Notes under the pieces: generated by a model
What the model was told of the DNA's origin: nothing
Databases searched by the model: none
What the model saw: only the letters and a program-made list of their open reading frames with translations
Assembly (NCBI RefSeq): GCF_048593235.1
Contig: NC_133620.1
Coordinates: forward strand, 29,824,852-29,888,851
Direction of reading: 5' to 3'
Length of the DNA: 64,000 bases
DNA from: Sminthopsis crassicaudata
Taxonomy: Eukaryota
Translations under genes and position numbers: made by a program
Part shown: positions 50,442-61,200 of the stretch, piece by piece
Numbering within the stretch: position 1 is the first letter of the stretch
How the letters are laid out: the number at the start of each line of letters is the position of its first letter

Positions 50442-51147
50442 GTGAGTCCCTGTGGTGCAGACAAGGGGCACGAGGCGGCTGCGCCTTCCCTCCCCCTCGG
50501 CGTCTTTGGTCTGGACCGGCACGAGCGCCCAGCAGAGACGTCAAGCCCTCCCCGAGCGGGTCTCAAGGCTCGGCCGGCCGGGCAGAGAAGGGCTCTAAGG
50601 GTCCGGCCTTAAACAGTGAGTGGCTGCCTCCCAGTCTCCTCTGACAGGAAATTAGCCCGGGGCAGTAGGACGGGTCCCTCTGTGAGCCTCCTTAGGGAGG
50701 CTGCCAGAGCCCTGAAGTGGACTGGACTGTCAGGGTCATGGGAGGAAGAGTGTTCTCAGGGTCAGAGGGGAAGGGTCAGCACCCAGGGAGGGAAGGAGCG
50801 GACAGCAGATGAGACCCATCCTGTAGGTGCCTCCCCCCGCCCCCACCAGAGCCCATCCCATGAGGCTGTGGGGCTATTTCTCTCTGGCCATTCTGGGCGT
50901 CAGACTGAGGTAGGGCATGGAGGCCTCTGCAAACACCCCCCCTTCTCCTCAGTATTTGTTTCTTCTGTTGCTTTCCCAGCTGGTTAAAGATTGATCTTGG
51001 GTGGGAAGGATATGGTTTATCTCAGATCAGACCTGAAGCTGCCCCCAACAGCAAGAGTGGCTGCTTGGTGAAAGGCAGGCCCGTCCCGACCATCACACGC
51101 GAGGGCGAGTCTGAGTCCGGGGCCGGGGAAGCTCAGGCTGCCTGCCT

Positions 51148-51626
51148 GTGAGGCGGTCTGGGCGCTGACCGGACCTGCAGGGGAGGGGCCCGTGAGGCGG
51201 TCTGGGCGCTGACCGGACCTGCAGGGGAGGGGCCCGTGAGGCGGTCTGGGCGCTGACCGGACCTGCAGGGGAGGGGCCCGTGAGGCGGTCTGGGCGCTGA
51301 CCGGACCTGCAGGGGAGGGGCCCGTGAGGCGGTCTGGGCGCTGACCGGACCTGCAGGGGAGGGGCCCGTGAGGCGGTCTGGGGGTTGACCGGACCTGCAG
51401 GGGAGGGGCCCGTGAGGCGGTCTGGGGGTTGACCGGACCTGCAGGGGAGGGGCCCGTGAGGCGGTCTGGGCGCTGACCGGACCTGCAGGGGAGGGGCCCG
51501 TGAGGCGGTCTGGGCGCTGACCGGACCTGCAGGGGAGGGGCCCGTGAGGCGGTCTGGGCGCTGACCCGGACCTGCAGGGGAGGGGCCCGTGAGGCGGTCT
51601 GGGGCCTGACCGGACCTGCAGGGGAG
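51148..51626. repeat. 44-bp CpG-rich VNTR, ~11 copies
   Basis: GTGAGGCGGTCTGGGCGCTGACCGGACCTGCAGGGGAGGGGCCC repeated with period 44 (51148, 51192, 51236...). Confidence 0.98.
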
Positions 51627-52613
51627 GAGGCTCCAGGGCAGCTCCCAGAATGAGATGTGGGGTAGCGGGCAGAGCTTCTCAGGTGGGGCCCCCCCCATGC
51701 AGGTCCCCGCAGCAGGGCCAGTCACTGGGCTCACTCCTGGCTCTTGTCAGTCTGCGGCTGCTCGGAATCCCGTTCCCAAAGCTCCTCTCTGTGCCCAAGT
51801 TAGCAGCGCGGGGCCTGGCTTCTGCCCTCTGCCCTCCCACAGCTGGGCTCCCTGCTTGGAGCCTGTATCCCAGGGACGGGAGGTCCCGCTGGGTGCCTCT
51901 GAGATTCTAATCCTGTCTTGGACGGCGTCCCTCTGAGGATCCTGGGCAAACCTCTGTTCTCAGGCTTCCCATTTTGGACCTGAGGAGCTGCCCTTCCTCT
52001 CGAGTTTGTGCAGTCTCAGCGCAGAACTTGGCAGCCAGCCCCCGAGCCCAAGCCAGCGGCCCCTTCTGCCCCGGGTCTCTGCCTTCTCTGGCAGGGAGAG
52101 CTCCCCCTGTGGTCTCCCACTCCCCCCTGCTGCCCACCGCAGCACTAGCCGGTGGTTCTGGGCCCCGCAGAATCTGGGCCTGGGATGGGGGCTATCTCAC
52201 AGCCAAGCCCAAGGGAGACCTGGTCTCCACTCAGCAGCGGGAGCCAATGACTGGGGGGAGAGGGAGCTCCCCTGCAGGCTGCCTCTCCAACAGCTGACTC
52301 TGCTCTGTGTGGGAAGAGGAGAGCAACAGTCGGTCTCTCAGCCCCGGGCTGGAGCAGCCAGATCCGCTCTGCTCCTTCCTGCATGTTCCCCGGAAGGAGG
52401 CCTCGGACGCCCTCGGGCATCTGGGACCCGGGACCCTTGGCTTCCCTGCTTGTGTGCCGAGAAGTCCTTCCCGGGTCGTGATGGCCCAGAGACACTGACA
52501 GAGCCGCAGGGGGGACGGGCATGAGGTGGACCCCAGTTGCCCAGGCTCGGACGCCTCCGCGTGTCCATAGGTCCAGGGCGTTCCCAGGAGGGGCCTCCCG
52601 CGGAGGCAGGGGG

Positions 52614-52616
52614 ATG
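52614..52616 (+). CDS. Weaker candidate first exon D (ATG|GTGAGA)
   Basis: GGGG ATG followed by GTGAGA; modest CpG context. Confidence 0.3.
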
Positions 52617-54446
52617 GTGAGAATGGCAGACATGTGCCTGGGCCTGAATCCCACGTGCCCCCTCCCCGTACCTCCCAGCCCAGATGGGCTCTGCCAGGCT
52701 GGCTCGGCTGCCTCGCTCACGCCTCAGTGGCTCCCAGGACATGGGTTCCCGAGAGGCCAGCTGGCCATGGAGCCTCTAGGCAAGGGGAGCAGCTGGACGA
52801 GTTGGGGGCAGATGCAGCGGGTAAGGCTGAATCAGAATGGAGGGGGCCTGGTGAGAGCCCAGTGACGCTCTTTCCCAGGGAGCCCTTGGGCCGGGAGCCT
52901 CTGGGGGCAGGGAGAAGGGGCTGAAGGAGACACCGCCTCTCTGGAGCCAGACAAGTGAGCGAGGGGTCGGCCTTCTCTGTGTCCATTCCACAGTGGGGAA
53001 AGGTGAGGTGTGCTCTGAGAGCAGACCTGGGGCTGAGGGTCCCTCACAGTGGCTTCTGGGAAGTGGGGCTCACAGCCGAGGAGAAAACAGGCTCTGGGGC
53101 CCGGTGTTCTGGTCCCCAAAGCATCTCCCTCCCCCCCCCCCAGCACCCTCACCCCCTCCTGGCTAGCACCAAGCTACCGCTCCCCCCCAGACCGGCAGAC
53201 CTGGGGATTGGAATTCCCTTTCCTCCCTGGGTTAGACCATGGGGAGATTTTGGAGCTGCCCTAGCCTAGGGCCCCCGTCTGCAGCTGAGGAAGGCCAGGG
53301 CCCGGACAGCTCCAAGCACCTATTTGCTGGTCCCCCCCTCCCAGGAGGAGTTCCTCTGAGGCCCTGGAGATCCACTGGCTCTGGCCGCCCTCCGAGGGAC
53401 CCAGGGAGTGTGACAGAGCCGGGCTGTGGGGAGGGGCAGGTGGGCCAGGCCGAGGGACCTAAATAGCCCCAGAAATGTGGCCACGGGCCGTTCCAGCTGG
53501 ACCCCAGCCCAGCAGGCGGGGAGCCTGAGTGAGAGGTAGGACTAGTGCCCCAGTGAATGAAGGGCAGATAGGAGGAGGCCCAGGTCCCCGAGGCAGCCAT
53601 CCATCCCCTGGGCCTCCTGGCCCCCGAGACCCAGGCCCCCTTGTGGTCCCCTCCCCTCCCCCTGCCCGGCCCTCCCTGGGCCTGCTTGGCAGCCAGTTTC
53701 TCTCTGAGCACACGTCGGGCCGGGGCAGCCCTCGTAGTACCTGACCCCCCAGAGCAGGCCGGGCCTGGCTCCCCAGGGCCTCGGGCTCCAACTCCCCTGG
53801 CACGGGGGCAGTCCTGATAGGGTAGGGCCAGGGGTCAGAATGGTCTGCATGGCCCAGGAAGGGAAGTGGGGAGAGTGGTTAAGAAAGTGGGCCTGGGAGC
53901 AGCTGGATGCCACTAATGAGGCCTCATTAAGGCCAGTGCCCAGCTGGGCCGCTGCCGCCTCCTGTCCCCGGGCTAGGGCTGTGTGTTCTGGGCACCTCGC
54001 CCAGGCCAGGGCAGCCAGAACCCAGCGCCTACCCTGGACCTCATGGGTGACTGGCCCTTCCTGAAGTCAGTGAGCACGCCAGGGGCCGGAAGCAGGAGCG
54101 AGTGTGACCCAGGAGCGGGCCGGGGAATCAATGAGCACCCCCCCCCCCCCGCCTCAGGGATGGGCGCTCTGGCCCCTGGGAGGCAGGGGAAGCGTCACGC
54201 CCGCAGGGCTTGGGGGCCCCGTCTTTCCAGTCTGAATTTCTGAGGGAAAGGCTTTACGACTTTTGGAAGGACGAATGTCTCCTTCCTGCCCCGGTACATA
54301 CAGTGCACCAGTTGTCCCCCAGACTCGCGCCGGGACCGGAGGGAGCCGGAAGTTTTGTTTCTGGCCGACCGTCCTGCTGTCCGGGACTGAAAAGTGGCCG
54401 TCTCCCCACGGACCAGGGAGCGAGTGTTCCCACCGGTTTCCGCAGG

Positions 54447-54449
54447 ATG
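54447..54449 (+). CDS. Candidate first exon E (ATG|GTGAGG)
   Basis: AGG ATG with -3 A and a donor; CpG-rich leader with ETS site CCGGAAGT at 54346-54353. Confidence 0.5.
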
Positions 54450-55105
54450 GTGAGGGCATTCTGGGCCCTCTCTGAGAGCCGGGAATCAGCAGAAGGAGCC
54501 CAGGACGCGGCCCCGAGAGCCGGCCCCACAGCTCTTGGCTCCCCCCTTTGTACATGTATGACCTTGGGCCCCGAGGCTGCTGCTCACGGAGCCTCAGTTT
54601 CCACATCTGTAAATAAGCCTCGAAGGGCCCTCTCAGCTCTGGGTCAGGATGGGGGTTGTGGGGGTGGGGGGCTGGTCCCAGCCCCTGATCCCCAGGGACC
54701 ACAACCTTTCCCCCTGGGCCCCCCTGCAGGACTGGAGGGACCCCTCGGCCTGGCCCCATTCGTTCCCAGGGCCTTGCTGCCTCCTGTTGGGCGGGGGGCT
54801 TGGGAGGGTAGCAGAGCCTCTGCGGGTGTGAGCATTTGTGTGTTTTTTGTTCCAAGAACTTGCTGGGAAAGAAGGAAAAGTACATCAGAGGCTGCTCTGA
54901 ATCGTCCGGGCTGCATGGGGACTGAGGGGGGAGGGCTGGGGGGGGGACGGGAGAAGGCAGAGCTCGGGAGGAGATGAGGTGAAAGTAATTCTGACGTTGG
55001 CCAAGCGCGGCAGAGGGAGTACCAGGGAGGCGGGAGGGCTGAGCTGGCAGAGGTGTGAATGAGTCTCGGACTGCGCCGCCCGAGCTCCCCACTGCTCGTC
55101 CCAGG

Positions 55106-55153
55106 ATGGCGGAGGCCCGTGCCGGTCAGGGGGCTCCCTTCTCCCCGGAACAG
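55106..55153 (+). CDS. Candidate first exon F, MAEARAGQGAPFSPEQ
   Basis: AGGATGG Kozak, 16 open codons and donor CAG|GTCAGC; phase 0. Confidence 0.5.
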
Positions 55154-57169
55154 GTCAGCCCCCGTCCCCTTCCTGCTCCCGGCCGGCCTGGGCCGCCTGT
55201 GGGCTTGGGGGGGCCGCGGGTGAGGGGATGAATGAGCGGTAGCTTGGAGGGGGCAGGCACCGGGAGAGTGCGCCGATAGAACTGACCCAGAAAGTCGCAA
55301 CTCGGCTCGGAGTGAGAGAAGAGGTGGTTTGTGTGTGTGTGAGTGTATGTGGGGGGTGAATGGGGAGGAGGGGGGCTGCGAGGGCTCCCCCTGCCCAGAG
55401 ACCTGCTGAGAATCTGCTCTGTGTATCAAAGGGGCATTGTCCTGGCTCCCGGGGAGACGGGCCGGAGGTGCCCAGGAATTGGACTAATCAATACAGCCTC
55501 ATTGTCTGGACCACGGCAGTTACTCCTGTGGGAGGGGGTGAGGGCACCGATGTGGTGCCCACAAATTCAGTGGCGGTGGGGGGGATGGGTGGCGGGAGTC
55601 TCGGAGTAAAATTCGGGGAGACAGGAGATGACCTCCCACTAGGAGAGAAGTGCTCCAGGAGGAGTCACCCGGTGCTTGTTTCTGGGTCTGGGCAGGGGCT
55701 CTGGTGCCCAGCGAGATGTGGCTAGTGGAGTGAGGGGATTCCACGACTTGGCCCCTCTCCTCTGTGTGTGGGGCGGGGGCCAAGAACAGGAGAGTCTGGG
55801 TCACTCTCAGGAAATAGCCGGGGGGTAGTGAATCGAGGCGATTCGGGTCTTTGGAAGGGGATGCAGCAGCCGGGAATTAGAGCCTGCAGAGGTTCCGGTC
55901 CCTGCTGGACCTTAACCCCTAGGTGTCCCTGAGCGGGCCCAGCTGGGCTTCCCTGCGCACGAAGGTGTCCCAGACGCCTTCCCCATCAAGGGCTGAGTTA
56001 GGGGTGGGATGATGGTACCTTCTCAGGCTTCTCCGGCTGGGTTCCCACAGTGCCCAGGGCCTGGCCTGTCATGGCACTGGCTGGCACTCCTGGAGGGGGA
56101 AGGGAGGGCAGTCTTTTGTTTGCTCTATTGGGTCTTTGGGGCCTCTGTCCTTGTCAACAGAGCTCGGAGAGGAAATGGAGAAGGAGCCGTCTTAGGGACC
56201 TACATTGCCCATGAGCTTGCACTGGCACAGGGTGAGAGGTGCTGCCCCAGGTCCCCGTGCTCCCTACAGCCCCACCAGTCCCACTGCGAGCAGGGCAGGC
56301 TCCCAGGTGGGCTCCCGCTGACTTCATGGGGTCTCAGCCAAGGCTTTGAGGGAAGAGGGTCTGCTCTTCCCCTTCCCCACACAACGATAGCTCAGCTTGT
56401 GGAGGGGGGGACATGACAGAGGAGGGACAACTAGGACCATCTGTGGAGGCGGGAGTCAGGACCTCAGAGAAATAAGTGGTAAAAGACCCCTCGAGATGGC
56501 AGATGGGAAAGAGAAGACGGATAGTTCCGTGATTGGGGTCCCCCTTCCCAGCCGGAGAAAGTTGCCGGCGTCCTGGATGGAGCCGCAGGGAAGGAAGCGA
56601 TGTGGGGTCCTGCCCTCTCTCTGTTGTGAAGTTTGTCTTGGATGTGACTCTATCTCATGATCTGGAGAGTCATCAAGAAGTGCACGTCCGGCGGGGCCGG
56701 GGAGCTCCGAGAACCCTTCCTTGACACTCAAGGGAGGGAGGAGGGATCCCTCCCCCCAGGGCCAAAGGGCAAAGACTGACGGGGTCTGCCCAGTTTGCCC
56801 AGTGTCTGCCTCATAGCAGCCCAGAAGCAGAGCAGGCAAGTCATCTCCCTCCCTAGACGAGGAAACTGAGGCTGAAAAAGCTTCTCTCACCACCAGGCCC
56901 TGGAGCCAGGACTCACGGCCCGGGGCTCACCCACCAGGGTTCCCAGAGTTGGACAAATGCTTTCCCATAGCAGCAGAGAGCCCTCCGTTCAGGCCAGAAG
57001 CTGGTAAATGAATGGAAAATGGGCAGAGTCCGGATCTCAAAATTATCAGGGACTCCCCCAGGATCTCCCAGTCTCCGGGTGTGCTGGGGCCAGCTCAGAC
57101 GGGTTCTGGGAACCAATGGGGAAGGCCCTTCTGTGGGGGCTACTCAGTAGCAGCAGTGTGATTTGGGGA

Positions 57170-57277
57170 AAATTCAATTAATTTCCAAGACTTACTGTGT
57201 GCATAAAAAGCACTTTTAGATTCTAGGGGTAGTGGACAAACAAACAAGCAAGACATTTCCTGCCCATAGAGTTTCTA

Positions 57278-57339
<62 letters not shown>
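57170..57339 (-). mobile_element. L2 3'-end fragment with (CA)n
   Basis: ATTCAATTAATTTCCAAGACTTACTGTGTGC...CCTGCCCATAGAG, then (CA)n at 57281-57339. Confidence 0.65.
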
Positions 57340-57344
<5 letters not shown>

Positions 57345-57784
57345 CAACAATTATACAGTGGAATATTCTAATCCTTTGGTTTGGGGGTAGAGGGAGAACA
57401 GACTGCAAATTCTTAGGAAACTCAGCGAGGGCGAGGAGGAGAATGGGGAAATACCCTTGGCCTCAGTTTCCCCTTATGTAACTTGGGGGCCCTTCCTCCT
57501 CCATGCTGGTGCTGTTCTAAATGCCAGGATCTGGGCCCCGGGGCCAGCTTAGAGTTCTGGGGAAAGGCAGTTAAGCCTCCTGTCCCTGGTAGGAGCCCTG
57601 GGTAGGATGCCTGGGGCATTTAGCAACTCCTCCTACAGGGCAGGATTTTTATGGAGGTATCTCAGGGCCCAGCCCTGGCCTTATGCTGACAGGTTGATCG
57701 GCCAACTGATTAATTAAATGTCCTGGCAGCGACATTAAAAGGAGGCAGGGGCTCCCTCTGTCTCCAGGATCTTAGCACTCTCCT

Positions 57785-57818
57785 GGGTTGGGTTGGGTTG
57801 GGTTGGGTTGGGTGAGGG
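57785..57818 (+). repeat. (GGGTT)5 GGG TGA GGG: G-quadruplex-forming repeat
   Basis: Seven G3 tracts with 2-3 nt loops. Confidence 0.85.
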
Positions 57819-58289
57819 CCGAGGAAATATTGGTGAATAAAGGAGCCGCCACATTTTTCTGGCTGCGAGTTTTAGGAACCTGCAGAGAAGGGCTGAGCCA
57901 AACAATTTCCAAAGACAGGCGCTAGTAGCCCACAGAGAGGCAGCTGTTAAAATGAAGGGGATGTCCTGAGGAGAAAAGAAGGGGGGATGTGAAAACCTTT
58001 GAGAGGGAGGCAGGCAGGGAAGAGAGGTACGCCGGGCAGTGTGGGGCAGCCAGCTTTGGCTGTGTCGCCCAGCAGGAGCCCTTCTCCGGCTCCTCTGGGC
58101 TCAGACCTCCACAAGGGCCTCGGCCTCCAAACCCACCCCCAAAGAGGCCCCTCTAGTGTTTCCTCCAACCATATGGTAAGGGACAAACTAAGGCAATAAA
58201 GAAAGGCTCTAAAGGAAACGTGTGTGGTCTGGGGGATATTGTTAGAGGCTCTTTGGGGGGTAAAATGACTATTGAAAAGCCCCTGACTG

Positions 58290-61200
58290 AGAGAGAACTT
58301 GGGCCTTCTCTTCCCATTTACCAGAGAGGGAGAACTTGGGCCTTCTCTCCCCATTTACCAGAGAGGGAGAACTTGGACGTTCTCTTCCCATTTACCAGAG
58401 AGGGAGAACTTGTACCTTCTCTCCCCATTTACCAGAGAGGGAGAACTTGGGCCTTCTCCCCATTTACCAGAGAGGGAGAACTTGGGCCTTCTCTCCCCAT
58501 TTACCAGAGAGGGAGAACTTGGACCTTCTCTTCCCATTTACCAGAGAGGGAGAACTTGGACCTTCTCTCCCCATTTACCGGAGAGGGAGAACTTGGACCT
58601 TCTCTTCCCATTTACCAGAGAGGGAGGACTTGGGCCTTCTCTTCCCATTTACCAGAGAGGGAGAACTTGGGCCTTCTCCCCATTTACCAGAGAGGGAGAA
58701 CTTGGGCCTTCTCCCCATTTACCAGAGAGGGAGAACTTGGACCTTCTCTCCCCATTTACCGGAGAGGGAGAACTTGGACCTTCTCTTCCCATTTACCAGA
58801 GAGGGAGGACTTGGGCCTTCTCTTCCCATTTACCGGAGAGGGAGAACTTGGGCCTTCTCTTCCCATTTACCAGAGAGGGAGAACTTGGGCCTTCTCTTCC
58901 CATTCACCAGAGAGGGAGAACTTGGGCCTTCTCCCCATTTACCGGAGAGGGAGAACTTGGGCCTTCTCCCCATTTACCGGAGAGGGAGAACTTGTACCTT
59001 CTCTTCCCATTTACCAGAGAGGGAGAACTTGGGCCTTCTCTTCCCATTTACCAGAGAGGGAGAACTTGGACCTTCTCTTCCCATTTACCAGAGAGGGAGA
59101 ACTTGGGCCTTCTCCCCATTTACCAGAGAGGGAGAACTTGGACCTTCTCTTCCCATTTACCAGAGAGGGAGAACTTGTACCTTCTCTTCCCATTTACCAG
59201 AGAGGGAGAACTTGTACCTTCTCTTCCCATTTACCAGAGAGGGAGAACTTGGGCCTTCTCTTCCCATTTACCAGAGAGGGAGAACTTGGACCTTCTCTTC
59301 CCATTTACCAGAGAGGGAGAACTTGGGCCTTCTCTTCCCATTTACCAGAGAGGGAGAACTTGGGCCTTCTCCCCATTTACCAGAGAGGGAGAACTTGGGC
59401 CTTCTCCCCATTTACCAGAGAGGGAGAACTTGGACCTTCTCTTCCCATTTACCGGAGAGGGAGAACTTGGACCTTCTCTCCCCATTTACCAGAGAGGGAG
59501 AACTTGTACCTTCTCTTCCCATTTACCAGAGAGGGAGAACTTGTACCTTCTCTTCCCATTTACCAGAGAGGGAGAACTTGGGCCTTCTCTTCCCATTTAC
59601 CAGAGAGGGAGAACTTGTACCTTCTCTTCCCATTTACCGGAGAGGGAGAACTTGGGCCTTCTCTTCCCATTTACCAGAGAGGGAGAACTTGTACCTTCTC
59701 TTCCCATTTACCAGAGAGGGAGAACTTGTACCTTCTCTTCCCATTTACCAGAGAGGGAGAACTTGGGCCTTCTCTTCCCATTTACCAGAGAGGGAGAACT
59801 TGTACCTTCTCTTCCCATTTACCAGAGAGGGAGAACTTGGGCCTTCTCTTCCCATTTACCAGAGAGGGAGAACTTGGGCCTTCTCCCCATTTACCAGAGA
59901 GGGAGAACTTGGGCCTTCTCCCCATTTACCAGAGAGGGAGAACTTGGACCTTCTCTTCCCATTTACCGGAGAGGGAGAACTTGGGCCTTCTCTCCCCATT
60001 TACCAGAGAGGGAGAACTTGGGCCTTCTCCCCATTTACCGGAGAGGGAGAACTTGGGCCTTCTCTTCCCATTTACCAGAGAGGGAGAACTTGGGCCTTCT
60101 CTTCCCATTTACCAGAGAGGGAGAACTTATACCTTCTCTTCCCATTTACCAGAGAGGGAGAACTTGGGCCTTCTCTTCCCATTTACCGGAGAGGGAGAAC
60201 TTGTACCTTCTCTTCCCATTTACCAGAGAGGGAGAACTTGGGCCTTCTCTCCCCATTTACCGGAGAGGAAGAACTTGGACCTTCTCTTCCCATTTACCAG
60301 AGAGGGAGAACTTGGGCCTTCTCTCCCCATTTACCAGAGAGGGAGAACTTGGGCCTTCTCTCCCCATTTACTGGAGAGGGAGAACTTGTACCTTCTCTTC
60401 CCATTTACCGGAGAGGGAGAACTTGGGCCTTCTCTTCCCATTTACCAGAGAGGGAGAACTTGGGCCTTCTCTCCCCATTTACTGGAGAGGGAGAACTTGT
60501 ACCTTCTCTTCCCATTTACCGGAGAGGGAGAACTTGGGCCTTCTCTTCCCATTTACCAGAGAGGGAGAACTTGGGCCTTCTCTTCCCATTTACCGGAAAG
60601 GGAGAACTTGTACCTTCTCTTCCCATTTACCAGAGAGGGAGAACTTGGGCCTTCTCCCCATTTACCAGAGAGGGAGAACTTGGACCTTCTCTTCCCATTT
60701 ACCGGAAAGGGAGAACTTGTACCTTCTCTTCCCATTTACCGGAAAGGGAGAACTTGTACCTTCTCTTCCCATTTACCAGAGAGGGAGAACTTGGGCCTTC
60801 TCCCCATTTACCAGAGAGGGAGAACTTGGGCCTTCTCCCCATTTACCAGAGAGGGAGAACTTGGACCTTCTCTTCCCATTTACCGGAAAGGGAGAACTTG
60901 TACCTTCTCTTCCCATTTACCAGAGAGGGAGAACTTGGGCCTTCTCCCCATTTACCAGAGAGGGAGAACTTGGACCTTCTCTCCCCATTTACCGGAGAGG
61001 GAGAACTTGGACCTTCTCTTCCCATTTACCAGAGAGGGAGAACTTGGGCCTTCTCCCCATTTACCAGAGAGGGAGAACTTGGACCTTCTCTCCCCATTTA
61101 CCGGAGAGGGAGAACTTGGACCTTCTCTTCCCATTTACCAGAGAGGGAGAACTTGGGCCTTCTCCCCATTTACCGGAGAGGGAGAACTTGGGCCTTCTCT

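Noticed and set aside
45891-55155. Naming the gene (e.g. NFI, RBFOX or ELAVL families, which have phase-0 alternative first exons)
   Set aside because: None of their known first-exon peptides or exon 2 is present in the window; symbol left empty
44851-57116. Numerous 60-310 aa ORFs in the GC-rich region
   Set aside because: Expected from stop-codon scarcity at high GC; overlapping on both strands with no recognisable domains
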